A DNA stretch of 64,000 nt from the human T2T-CHM13v2.0 reference genome, Homo sapiens. The DNA is taken from NCBI RefSeq assembly GCF_009914755.1, contig NC_060943.1; one strand, given 5' to 3'. The translations under genes were made by a program, and so were the position numbers. The stretch's first letter is position 1. Every line of letters starts with the position of its first letter. The notes under the pieces were generated by a model. It saw nothing but the letters and a program-made list of their open reading frames with translations, was not told where the DNA came from and did not search any database. Below, piece after piece: positions 14,258 through 31,172 of the stretch.

Positions 14258-14999
14258 ATCACTAAGCAAAATAAGACATGTGAAGGATCATGTCAAAGGT
14301 AAGAAAAATTAGGGGAACATTAAAAGCTTTCTTCCCAAGCCACTAAATCAACTTGACTAACAAAATTACCACTTGATTTAGCATTAGAAAATTACATTAC
14401 ATATCAAACATAAACCCATTAATCAAATACTAAAGAAATTTCTGAGTTAAATGGTATAATGTTAGCTTATGCCAGAGCTGACCTTGAAAGATTGTTCAAA
14501 TATGGCTCAGTGTGATTGAAAGTTCTGTGTGAATATGTTTTTGGAAAGATCCAACAGCAACACCTTAGTGTATGTTTTTGAAATAAAATGTATCTGAGTA
14601 GCAGCAAAGTTATTCTCAAATTTCCATTTTATAGCTGGAGATGTTATACCGTGACGTATATGATAGGACCCAATATGGATCAATCCCTTTTAGAAGTCAA
14701 TCAGGAAGAGGGGAGCAGTTAAAACAGTTGCTTGGTTTACAAACATTAGAACAATTTTCTTATTCACACCATCTGATTATTGTATTTTATTTTTTCCCCA
14801 ACGTTTAGACTACACAATGAGTTAAGAATGATAAAAATAAGCTCACCAATATACTATGTACATATTTACCAAAATCTGTGCATGCTTATACATATAAACA
14901 CAGCTGATAATTTATTAGTTAGGCTCATTTGTAATTTTTGTCACTATAGACCAGTTTTTTATTTAAATTGAAGATTAGTATACATTTTAAATGATTAGT

Positions 15000-16400
15000 C
15001 AAAATAAAAAATCTAAAATGTGCTCTAAATACCTCTTAGGTCAGAAAAAAAAAGTCAAAAGCTAGAGTATAGAGAAATTAAGAAACGCCCTAAATTTCTA
15101 ATCTGACAAAAATTCATACAAGATTTAAATATTTTAATGGAAAATAGAACAGAACTAATTATTGAAGAAATTATAGAAAGGAAACAAAATAAACAGATTA
15201 TATGGAGGATTTTTAGAAGATAAGTAAATAAATTAATATACTAGGAAAAAACAAGGGAAATATACTTGATAAATAAATACAGGTAAGAGTTCTTTTGAAA
15301 TAATGATAAAATAGAAAATCTCTGTCAAAACTAAAAGGAAAGATGCATAAATATATAAATAAATGATAAAAAATGTTGCATACACATATGACTTTTTCAG
15401 AATCAAAAAATTTAAATTTCTGTAATAAAATTTAAATGTTTATAAATTTAAAAAACTAGAAGAAAGAATGTTGACTGTTCACAATACAAATAAATGACAA
15501 ATATTTGAGGTGATGGATATGCTAATTATCCTTATTTGATCATTGGGCATTGTATACATGTATCAAAATATCACTCTGTATCCCATGAATATGTACAATT
15601 ATTTGTCTCAAAAACAAACAAAAAAAAGATAATGGGAGAATGTTGAAAACTCAGAGAGAAGAGCAACTCTCACAGATAGGGATCCAGATAACATTAGCAG
15701 CTGATTTCTCGGCAGAAACCTTGAAGGCCAGTAGGCAGTGGATTATATATTTAAAATAATGAAGAAACCTGTCAATTGAGAAATATATAGCTGGAAAACT
15801 TATCCTTCAAAAATGAAGGAGAAATTAAGACATTTCCGGATTTTTTTTTAAAACTGAAAAAAATCCATTTATCCCTGAATTTGACATTCAGGAAGTGTTA
15901 AGTCCTTCAGGTTGAAATAAATGAACTCTAGGCAATAACTATGTAAGTAAATAAGCAAGCTGTATGAATATACAAAGCTCTCTGGTAAAGGTAAATACAT
16001 AAACAAACATAAAAACAGTCCTATTGTAATTTTGGTTTGTAACTCTGCTTTTTATTTTCTACATAATTTAAAAGGCAAATGCATAAAATGTAATTGTAAA
16101 TCTGTTAGCTGGTATACAATGAATAAAGATATAATTTGTCACATCAATAACATAAAAAGAGTAGAGCTATATATATAGCAGTAGAATTTTGGTATGTGAT
16201 TGAACTTAAGTTGAAATAAATTCAAATTAAAATGTTATAACTCTAGGATGTTATATGTAATTCTCATAGTAACCAAAAATGAAATATATATAGAATATAA
16301 ACAAAAGGAAATGAGACTAGAAACAAAATGTGTCACTACAAAAAAATCAACTAAAGATAAAAAAGAAATAATTGAGAAAATGATTGGCAAAAATCAGTAA
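15000..16400 (+). mobile_element. Old L1 fragments
   Basis: GCTGATTTCTCGGCAGAAACCTTGAAGGCCAG (ORF1 3' part) and GTATCAAAATATCACTCTGTATCCCAT (L1MA-type 3' end). Confidence 0.6.
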
Positions 16401-17129
16401 CTCTGACGTATTAAAACTTTCCATGCTACATAAATCTGAAAACTCTATTTCACATAAAACTGGAGCTGAAAGAAACAAATATTTACCTATAAAGTTAAAA
16501 GTTATATAGGGAACAAACACTAATTTTTTTTTAGAAAAAATTATAAAAAGAGTAAAAATATGCCTTATACTACCGTAATTTCATGTTTTACAGCTCTGGG
16601 AAAATAGAAAATAAAATGTTCTGTTAGCATGAATCCCTCTGTGCCCCCAAAAAACCCTATGGATTGCATCATTATTACCTAAAAAGTCTATTCTCAAATG
16701 CAGCAGAGTGATATTTTTTACAAGGTAGATATTAATTTTAGATATGGAATAATATTGGTGATTTCAATTTTATAACACTGGGTTAAGATGAAAGAATGAG
16801 AAGATAAAGGTCCCTCAGCAATATAACTCACAAACATGTTCAGAAGCAGTAAGAAGTTACATTAATTATCTTTTGAAAGTCGATAATCTACATCTTTAAT
16901 GTATGCATATAGCATAGCTAATGTACTATCGCTGGGTCCATTTATTCAATGAATAATTGCCGCTATGTGTCAGACATTTTTCTAGGCCTAGGAATGGATA
17001 CATAAGTGAACAAAGCAAAGATTCTGGTTCTTGTAGAGTTTCCATTAAAAGACAATTTAGTAAAACTTTTCTTCCCCCAAATTATAAAATCTGTAAGATG
17101 ATTTAACAACATGTGTAAAAGTCATTGTG

Positions 17130-17459
<330 letters not shown>

Positions 17460-17983
17460 TAACTTTAGCATATACCCCAAATCTGTAAGACATAATATTA
17501 TAATTCAAATGCAACTCATGGCTTCTCATTGTACTCTTTCTCTAGCTTTTGAATTATTTATTCTAATACCAGTTTTAATTCTGACACAAAAGCATGGGAG
17601 TTCTAATCAAAATCCAACCTTTTATCATAAAAACTATGAAGAAATTATGAGTAGAATTTAAAAAGGAAAATAGGCCTATTAATTAGATTTGTCTTTGTAG
17701 CATTTAACTCTATAATAAATAATATTTTATGCCTATGAGTCCCCAACAAAGCCTCCAGCTTCTATTTAGATATAAACTGTAAAAGTCACTACTGGATCCA
17801 CAAGCAAGACTATGGTAAATAAATTTCTCCACCTAACCAGCTTCTTTTACATGATGTTACATGTTTCTTTTGTTTTTTCATTTTGGCAAATATTGATTGT
17901 CATCTTCGTGTTTGTCTATGTCCTAAGTGCTGGGATACAGAATCTGAAAAGATGGACACAGGACCTGCCTTCAAGTTCACCCC

Positions 17984-18317
<334 letters not shown>

Positions 18318-18770
18318 TAAGCAAGCCAGTTTTTAAAATGAGAACTGCAATTAGAGTTAAATGCTACAAAGACAAACTCACAGGAAGATGGGATGTAGAA
18401 TGATAAGGCTCTCAGAATAGTAAGAGAAACTATTGCTTCTTACGATGTTTGTCTTTCTTTGTATCGGTGCTCAGCTGAGTCTGCAGTGCTTCAGAGGCAG
18501 CTTTCATTTTATAAAAATCTATGATTTCTCCTTCCAGTTGTTTTTTCTCTTCCTCGAGCTTCCTTATCTCCTCCTGTTGAATCATTTTAAGATGCTCGAA
18601 CTTGTCCTGCAGCTGTGAAACCAATGTGCAGTTGTGACACCAAAGCAGTGTGGCTGAACACCTAAAAGAATACGCTTTTTTTCTGATTATCAAACAAACC
18701 CAAATCATCACAGTAGAGCACGATCTTAATAACAATCTCAAAAACTCAGGAGTAAACACTCAGATATGGA

Positions 18771-20379
18771 ATTTTTCTTTTCTTTCTTTTTTCCTTTTAT
18801 AAGATGGAGTCTCACTCTGTTGCCCAGGCTGGAGTGCACTGGTGCGATCTCAGCTCACTGCAACCTCCATCTCCCAGTTCAAGTGATTCTCCTGCCTCAG
18901 CCTCTTGAGTAGCTGGGACTATAGGCATGCATCACCACTACAGGCGTGTGCCACCACACCTGGCTAATTTTTGTATTTTTAGTAGAGATGGGGTTTTGCC
19001 ATGATGGCCAGGCTGGTCTCGAACTCCTGACCTCAGGTGATCCTCCCGCTTTGGCCTCCCAAAGACTTTTTTTTTTTTTTAATATAGAGACAAGTTCTCA
19101 GTACGTTGCCCAGGATGGTCTCAAACTCCTGAGCTCAAGTGATCCTCCCACCTCAGCTTCCCAAAGTGCTGGGACTGACTGGATGCAGTGGCTCATGCTT
19201 GTAAACTCAGCACTTTGGGAGGCCAAGGTGGGAGGATCGCTTGAGCCCAGGAGTTCAAGACCAGACTGGGTGATATAACACAATAGTCAACTTCAACAGG
19301 AGAGAGAATCTGTAAACTTGAATATAGATCTTCCGAAATTATCCAGTCAGAGGACAGAGAAAAAAAGAATAAAAGAGAGAAAAGAAGGCTGGGTGTGGTG
19401 GCTCAAGCCTGTAATCCCAACACTTTGGGAGGCCGAGGCAGGCAGATTAAGAGGTCAGGAGTTCAAGACCAGCCTGTCCAACATGACAAAGCCCCATCTC
19501 TACTAAAAATACAAAAATTAGCCGGGTGTGGTGGCACACACCTGTAGTCCCAGCTACTTGGGAGGCTGAGGCAGGAGAATCACTTGAACCCAGGAGGCGG
19601 AGGTTGGAGTGCAATGTGAGCCGAGACCACACATTACACTCCAGCCTGGGTGACAGAGCATGACTCTGTCTCAAAAAGAAAAAAAAAAGAGACAGAGAAA
19701 AGAAAGCCAACAAGACACCATTAAGCAAACCATTGTCAGGTTATGGGAGTTTGAGAAGGAAAGTAGAGAAAGGAGAATAAAGCTTATTTAAAGAATGGCT
19801 GACAACTGCCTAAATCATGGGAAAGATTTAGACATCTAAATCCATGAAGCTTAAAGATTCCTAAAGAGGTTCAAACCAAATAGATACTCACCAAGTCACA
19901 ATATAATCAAATAGTCAAAAGTTAAAGAAACTTTGCAGGTCAGGACAGAATCGAATAATACATTCAAAGTGCTGAAAGAAAAAAACTGCCAGCAACTAAT
20001 ACTATGTCTGACAAAGCTGTCCTTCAGAAAGGAAAAAGAAATAATGTGTTTCCTCGACAAACAAAGCTGAGGGCATTCAGGACCACTAGGTCTACCTTAA
20101 AAAAATGCTTAACGGAGTTTTTCAAGTAAAAATGAATGAAGTTGGGAGCGGTGGCTCATGCCTGTAATCCCATTTTGGGAGGCTGAGGTGGGTGGATCAC
20201 CTGAGGTCGGGAGGTCAAGACCAGCCTGGCCAACATGGCAAAACCCCACCTCCAGTAAAAATACAAAAAATTAGCCAGGTATGAAGGCCACTGAGATCGT
20301 GCCACTGCACTCCAGCCTGGGTGACAAGAGTCAAACTACATTTCAAAAACAAAAAACAAAACAAACAAAAAAAACAAAA
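18771..20379. mobile_element. Alu cluster (about 18771-19063 -, 19067-19173 -, 19178-19280 +, 19388-19690 +, 20141-20379 + internally deleted) nested in an old L1 ORF1 fragment
   Basis: Alu consensus motifs; L1 motif TTCAAAGTGCTGAAAGAAAAAAACTGCCA near 19965. Confidence 0.8.
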
Positions 20380-20380
20380 C

Positions 20381-24253
<3,873 letters not shown>

Positions 24254-24371
24254 ACTCGGGCTTGACGCAGAAACTCACTCCAAATAAATTACCTACCAAA
24301 ACATTTACATAATGGTGGAAATATTCCAAAATTCAATATTTTGGGATTTATACACAAAAGATAAACAAATT

Positions 24372-25592
24372 AGAGGCCAAGAGGCTGCCGGAAGGGAAAA
24401 ACGGGGCCTGGAATGGCCGACGTGAGGAATGAGCTGGGCCTAAAGAGGCCACTGGCAGGCAGGAGCTGGACCTGCCGAAGTGGCCGAAAGGCAGGAGCTT
24501 TGGACTGGGGAGGCCGCAGTGAGGCGAGAGCTAGCTGGGCGTGGAGAGTCCGCTGTGAGGCCGAGGCCGAGGCCGGGCCCGTGCAGGCCTTCGAGAGGCA
24601 GGAGGCCGGGCCTGCAAAGGCCGACTGGAGATCAAGTTCTGCGCCTGAAGAGGCTGCCAAAAGTCAAAAGCAGGGCCTGCGAAGGCCGCCGAGAGCCATG
24701 AGCTGGGCTGGGCTGAAAGAGGCCACTGGGAGGCAGGAGGAGCTGGGCCTGGAGAGGCTGACTCGAGGAAGTTTTGCACCTGGAGAGGCCGTCGAGAGGA
24801 CGGAGCTGGGCCCAGGGAGGCCGACTTGCTGCTCTTCCAGGCCCACTTCCAGGCCGACTTGAGGACGACTTGGGCCTGCAGAGGCCGCCGGGAGGCTGGA
24901 GCTAAGCCTGGAGAGACTGACTTCGGGACGATTTGGGCCTGCGGAGGCCGCCGGGAGGCCCAAGCTGGGCCTAGAGGAGCCCACCGACCGGAGGCCATTT
25001 GGGGCCTGCAGATGTCATCGGAGGGCCAGGAGCTGAGCCTGGAGAGGCCACCGCGAGGCCTGAGCTGGGCCTGGGGAGCTTGGCTTAGGGAAGTTGTGGG
25101 CCTACCAGGGCCGCTGGGAGCTGGGCAGGAGCTGAGTCCAAAGACGTTGTTGGGACCTGGAGTCGGGCCAGAGTCCGGCCTGGAGATGCAGCCGGGAGGA
25201 AGAGCTGGGCCCGGAGGGGGCGCCGGGAGGCTGCAAGTGGGTCTGAGAGGCCAACTTGAGGAGGCCTGGCCTCTGCCTCCCGCATTGCCCAGCTGTTCCT
25301 CCTGGCTGCATCTCCCACCTCCCAGCAAACAAGCTCTTTTGGCTCAGCTCCCGCCTGCGTTTGTAGACCCCGAAGTTTCTGCAACCAAGCTCTTCAGACC
25401 CACATCCCTTCTCCCAGTGACTGAACAGTCCCAGCTCCGGCTGGAGAAGGGCGTCTGCAGACCCCGCTGTTGCCTCCCAGGGGAGTCTCCAGGCCCAGCT
25501 CTCGCCCCACCGCGACCTCCCAGGCCCAAGTCCCTGCCTACCTCCCAGCAGCCCGAGTGCGATCCTGTTCCTCCCTCACGGTGGCCTGTTGA
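24372..25592. repeat. GC-rich degenerate tandem repeat, left block (teucer-like)
   Basis: Recurrent GGAGCTGGGCCTGGAGAGGC motif; orientation flips at ~25270; homologous to the block right of the VNTR. Confidence 0.8.
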
Positions 25593-27690
25593 GGCAGGGG
25601 GTCACGCTGACCTCTGTCCGCGTGGGAGGGGCCGGTGTGAGGCAAGGGCTCACACTGACCTCTCTCAGCGTGGGAGGGGCCGGTGTGAGGCAAGGGGCTC
25701 ACGCTGACCTCTGTCCGCGTGGGAGGGGCCGGTGTGAGGCAAGGGCTCACACTGACCTCTCTCAGCGTGGGAGGGGCCGGGGTGAGGCAAGGGGCTCACG
25801 CTGACCTCTGTCCGCGTGGGAGGGGCCGGTGTGAGGCAAGGGCTCACACTGACCTCTCTCAGCGTGGGAGGGGCCGGGGTGAGGCAAGGGGCTCACGCTG
25901 ACCTCTGTCCGCGTGGGAGGGGCCGGTGTGAGGCAAGGGCTCACACTGACCTCTCTCAGCGTGGGAGGGGCCGGTGTGAGGCAAGGGGCTCACGCTGACC
26001 TCTGTCCGCGTGGGAGGGGCCGGTGTGAGGCAAGGGCTCACACTGACCTCTCTCAGCGTGGGAGGGGCCGGGGTGAGGCAAGGGGCTCACGCTGACCTCT
26101 GTCCGCGTGGGAGGGGCCGGTGTGAGGCAAGGGCTCACACTGACCTCTCTCAGCGTGGGAGGGGCCGGGGTGAGGCAAGGGGCTCACGCTGACCTCTGTC
26201 CGCGTGGGAGGGGCCGGTGTGAGGCAAGGGCTCACACTGACCTCTCTCAGCGTGGGAGGGGCCGGTGTGAGGCAAGGGGCTCACGCTGACCTCTGTCCGC
26301 GTGGGAGGGGCCGGTGTGAGGCAAGGGCTCACACTGACCTCTCTCAGCGTGGGAGGGGCCGGTGTGAGGCAAGGGGCTCACGCTGACCTCTGTCCGCGTG
26401 GGAGGGGCCGGTGTGAGACAAGGGGCTCACACCTCTCTCAGCGTGGGAGGGGCCGGTGTGAGGCAAGGGGCTCGGGCTGACCTCTCTCAGCGTGGGAGGG
26501 GCCGGTGTGAGGCAAGGGGCTCACGCTGACCTCTCTCAGCGTGGGAGGGGCCGGTGTGAGGCAAGGGCTCACACTGACCTCTCTCAGCGTGGGAGGGGCC
26601 GGGGTGAGGCAAGGGGCTCACGCTGACCTCTGTCCGCGTGGGAGGGGCCGGTGTGAGGCAAGGGCTCACACTGACCTCTCTCAGCGTGGGAGGGGCCGGG
26701 GTGAGGCAAGGGGCTCACGCTGACCTCTGTCCGCGTGGGAGGGGCCGGTGTGAGGCAAGGGCTCACACTGACCTCTCTCAGCGTGGGAGGGGCCGGGGTG
26801 AGGCAAGGGGCTCACGCTGACCTCTGTCCGCGTGGGAGGGGCCGGTGTGAGGCAAGGGCTCACACTGACCTCTCTCAGCGTGGGAGGGGCCGGGGTGAGG
26901 CAAGGGGCTCACGCTGACCTCTCTCAGCATGGGAGGGGCCGGTGTGAGACAAGGGGCTCACACTGACCTCTCTCAGCATGGGAGGGGCCGGTGTGAGACA
27001 AGGGGCTCGGGCTGACCTCTGTCCGCGTGGGAGGGGCCGGTGTGAGGCAAGGGGCTCACGCTGACCTCTGTCCGCGTGGGAGGGGCCGGTGTGAGGCAAG
27101 GGCTCACACTGACCTCTCTCAGCGTGGGAGGGGCCGGGGTGAGGCAAGGGGCTCACGCTGACCTCTGTCCACGTGGGAGGGGCCGGGGTGAGGCAAGGGC
27201 TCACACTGACCTCTCTCAGCGTGGGAGGGGCCGGTGTGAGGCAAGGGGCTCACGCTGACCTCTGTCCGCGTGGGAGGGGCCGGTGTGAGGCAAGGGCTCA
27301 CACTGACCTCTCTCAGCGTGGGAGGGGCCGGTGTGAGACAAGGGGCTCACGCTGACCTCTGTCCACGTGGGAGGGGCCGGGGTGAGGCAAGGGCTCACAC
27401 TGACCTCTCTCAGCGTGGGAGGGGCCGGTGTGAGGCAAGGGGCTCACGCTGACCTCTGTCCGCGTGGGAGGGGCCGGTGTGAGGCAAGGGCTCACACTGA
27501 CCTCTCTCAGCGTGGGAGGGGCCGGTGTGAGGCAAGGGGCTCACGCTGACCTCTGTCCACGTGGGAGGGGCCGGTGTGAGACAAGGGGCTCACTCTGACC
27601 TCTCTCAGCGTGGGAGGGGCCGGTGTGAGGCAAGGGGCTCACACTGACCTCTCTCAGCGTGGGAGGAGCCAGTGTGAGGCAGGGGCTCAC
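25590..27690. repeat. 48/49-bp GC-rich VNTR, about 43 units with a 97-bp dimer (ajax-like)
   Basis: Units GTGGGAGGGGCCGGTGTGAGGCAAGGGCTCACACTGACCTCTCTCAGC (48) and GTGGGAGGGGCCGGTGTGAGGCAAGGGGCTCACGCTGACCTCTGTCCGC (49); ORF track repeats every 97 bp. Confidence 0.97.
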
Positions 27691-28930
27691 GCCTCTGGGC
27701 AGGGTGCCAGAGGCATGAGTTGGGCATCAACAGGCCACCGTGAGGGAGGAGCTGGGCCGCACGCGGGCTGCTGGGAGGCAGGCAGGGACTTGGCCCCGGG
27801 AGGCCGCCGTGGGGGCAAGAGCTGGGCCTGGAGAGGCCCCTGGGAGGCAAGGGCGGGGCCTGCAGAGGCTGTTCTCCAACCAGTGCTAGAACTGTACAGG
27901 CCACCAGGAGGCAGGAGGTGGGCCCTCAGAGCTTGGCTGGAGAAAGTTCGGGGCCTACAAAGGCGGTTGGGAGCTGGGCAGGAGTTGAGCCAAAAGAGCT
28001 TGCTTACTTGCTGGGAGGCAGGGCCGGGAGAGCCCGACTTCAGGACAACTTGGGCCTGCGGCAGTCGCCGGGAGGCCCAACCTTGGCGTGGAGGAGCCCA
28101 CCGACCGGAGACCATTTGGGGCCTGGAGATGCCATCGGAGGGCAGGAGCTCATCCTGGAGAGGCCACCGTGAGGCCTGACCTGGGCCTGGGGAGCTTGGC
28201 TTGAGGAAGCTGTGGGCCGACCAAGGCCGCCAGGAGATGGGTAGGCACTGAGTCCAAAGAGGTTGTTGAGAGGCAGGAATCGGGCCTGGAGACCCAACCA
28301 GGAAGAAGAGCTGGGCCCGGAGAGGACGCCCGGAGGGTGCAAGTGGGTCTGGAGAGGCTGACTTGAGGAGGTTCTGGGCCCGGAGAGGCCGCCGGAAGGG
28401 AAAAACTGGGCCTGGAAAGGCCGTTGTCAGGAATGAGCCCCATGGGCCTGAAGAGGCCACTGGCAGGCGGGAGCTGGGTGTGTAGAAGCTGCTGAAAGGT
28501 TGGGAGCTTGGCTTGGGGGGTCCACAGTGAGGTAGATGCTGGGCGTGAAGAATCTGCTGTGAGGCAGACGTTGGGACTGTAGAGGCTGACGGGAGGCAGA
28601 GGCTGGGCCTGGAGGGGCCACCAAGATGCAGGAGCTGGGCCTGGAGAGGCTGCAAAGAAGCATGAGCTGGGCCTGGTGAGGTCGACTTGAGAAAGTTCAG
28701 GGCCTGGAGAGAAGGCTGGGAGGCAGGAGCTGGGTCTAAAGAGGCCATTGTAACGATGGAGCTGTGCCTGTGGAGGCTGTTGTGAGGCAGTAGCCTCATC
28801 TGCGGAGGCTGCCGTGACGTAGGGTATGGGCCTAAATAGGCCATTGTGAGTCATGAGCTTGGTCTGTAGAGGCTGACTGGAGAAAGTTCTGGGCCTGGAG
28901 AGGCTGCCGGGAGGTAGGAGCTGGGCCAAA
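27691..28930. repeat. GC-rich degenerate tandem repeat, right block (teucer-like)
   Basis: Same motif family; 28037-28371 is a direct copy of 24919-25264. Confidence 0.8.
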
Positions 28931-29620
28931 AGATGTAAGCACATTTGCATTTATTAGGCACTTTATTTCCATTATTACACTGTAATATATAATAAAATAA
29001 TTATAGAACTCACCATAATGTAGAATTAGTGGGCGTGTCAAGCTTGTTTTCCTGCAACTGGATGGTCCCACCTGAGCGTGATGGGAGAAAGTGACAGATC
29101 AATAGGTATTAGACTCTCATAAGGACAGCGCAACCTCGATCCCTCACATGCACGGTTCACAACAGGGTGCGTTCTCCTATGAGCATCTAATGCTGCTGCT
29201 CATCTGAGAAGGTGGAGCTCAGGCGGGAATGTGAGCAAAGGGGAGTGGCTGTAAATACAGACAAAGCTTCCCTCACTCCCTCACTCGACACCGCTCACCT
29301 CCTGCTGTGTGGCTCCTTGCGGCTCCATGGCTCAGGGGTTGGGGACCCCTGCTCAAGTGCATCCAAAGCGACCCTTCCCACACCAGTCTTCACAGTGGTC
29401 AAGGGCAGCAACCACTTAGCTCCCAAGGCATGTGCCTCAGCTGGCATTTCGTCACAATCAACAGTAAGTGGTAGCTTGAGTCACTGTGAGGTCACCTACT
29501 GGAAATCACCAGCATCCCATTTCCCACTGGCAAAGAGCTCAGCACTGCCCCCTGGGAAACCAAACCTATGCCCAAATCCCATCTGTGTGGGTTTACCTCC
29601 TGGGACCCTTCCTAACATAT
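28688..29620 (+). repeat. Recent direct duplication, copy 1 (copy 2 at 32102-33034)
   Basis: Near-identical over ~930 bp at a constant offset of 3414; duplicated ORFs 28832/32246 and 29212/32626. Confidence 0.95.
28931..29351 (-). mobile_element. MER1A (hAT-Charlie), truncated
   Basis: GCTTGTTTTCCTGCAACT, ATTAGACTCTCATAAGG, terminal GGTTGGGGACCCCTG. Confidence 0.8.
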
Positions 29621-29772
29621 TAGTCAGAGTCCAATCAGGAAGCATAAACCACTCAAAAGTTTAAAGTGGTAAAATTTAATACAGAGAATTATTCATTATA
29701 ACAGGTGAACAGCATAATGAGAGATTGGCTAGCACAGAGTAAAGATAACTCTAGAGAATATGGGACTAGCCC

Positions 29773-30066
29773 AGGCCAGGCATGGTGGCTCATGCCTGAA
29801 ATTCCAGCCATTACAGAAGCTAATGCAGGAGGATTGCTTAAGGCCAGGAGCTAGAGACCGCTCTGGACGACACAGTGAGACCCTGTCTCTATCCAAAAGA
29901 AGAAAAAAGTTAGCTGGGGGTGGTGGTGCACACTTGTAGTCCCAGCTACTCGGAATGCTGAAGTTTGAGCCTGGGAGGTCAAGGCTGCAGTGAGGCATGA
30001 TTATGCCACTACAGTCCAGCCGGATGACAGAGCAAGACCCTGTCTCAAAGAACAAAACCACAACAA
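29773..30066 (+). mobile_element. AluJ-like
   Basis: Alu body; equivalent element at 37623-37930 in the paralogous block. Confidence 0.8.
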
Positions 30067-30650
30067 CCATTTACAGACAGAAAAGAAATAGAGCTAATAA
30101 GCTGAGGAAAGATGTTGAAATGTGACAAGTAAAGTAATATGAGGTCTTTTGTCTATTTAAAATAATCAAACAAAAAATGGCTTACTAAATTATAATACCC
30201 TGTGCTGGCAAAGGTGCAGTGAAATGGGCACTTTCTTATACTATGAGGGGTGGTTAAATTGTGTATAAGCCTTCCAGGGTAAAGCCTGTCAATTTTTTAA
30301 AATAATGGAGACAGGGTCTCACCATACTGCCATACTGCCTCCTCCAACTCTTGGCCTCAAGCAATCCTCCTCTCTTAGCCTCCCAAAGTGCTAAGATTAT
30401 AGCTGGGAGGCACCCAAAACCCTGTCAATTTACATCAAGGGTAAGGAGAATGTCCATTCACCATGACTCACAGTAATCTTACTTCTGGGGAGACAATTCA
30501 ATCTAAGCAAAAGGTCATCTGTACACACACAGTAAAAATCTGGGAGTAACTGAAGACAGAGTTGGTAAGTGAAATAAGAAACAGTTATAAGAAATTAAAC
30601 TATGGTATCAATAGGCACCTGGTAAAAGGTCAGTTGATGTTAGCTGCTAC

Positions 30651-30950
30651 TTTTTTGTTGTTTTGAGACAGGGTCTCACTCTGTCACCCAGGCTGGAGTG
30701 CAGAGGCCTGATCATGACTCACTGCGGTCTCAGCCTCCCTGGGCTCAAGTGATCCTCCCACCTCAGCCTCCCAAGTAGCTGGGACTACAGGAACATGCCA
30801 CCACACTAGGCTAATTCATGTATTTTTCTGTAGGGATGGTGACTCCCCCTTTGTTTCCAAGGCCTATCGCAAACTCTTGGCCTCAAGCCATCCTCCTGCC
30901 TCAGCCTCCCAAAGTGTTGCGATTACCAGTGTGAGCCACCACACCTGGCC
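30651..30950 (-). mobile_element. AluJ-like with TSD
   Basis: TSD AGCTGCTACTTTT at 30642 and 30951; empty site at ~50622. Confidence 0.85.
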
Positions 30951-31056
30951 AGCTGCTACTTTTATCAATATTATTCTTATTCCACTCAATTAAAAATTAT
31001 TATTTTCAAGGCTATGCAACAGTATGTATCCTACAGCGTAATTGTAAAAACATACA

Positions 31057-31172
31057 CAGTCGTCATCCCTCAGTATACAGAATTAGTTCCAGCCCCCCAT
31101 CTCTGCATATACCAAAATCCATGCTTACTCACGTTTCGCTGTCACCCCTCTAGAATCCACGTATACGAAAAT
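31057..31172 (+). mobile_element. MER2/MER2B (Tigger-derived) fragment; paralog at ~50734-50850
   Basis: CAGT..TCCCTCAGTATAC...ATTAGTTCCAG...TATACCAAAATCC. Confidence 0.6.

Noticed and set aside
25590-27690. VNTR as a CRISPR array, SVA element or family of 60-aa peptides
   Set aside because: No unique spacers or cas genes; no CCCTCT hexamer or SINE-R; the ORFs only reflect the 97-bp period and mostly lack ATG
24413-28950. Long ORFs (265, 293, 385, 266 aa) in the GC-rich blocks
   Set aside because: Overlapping on both strands in stop-poor repetitive DNA; low-complexity P/A/S/G content; no domain
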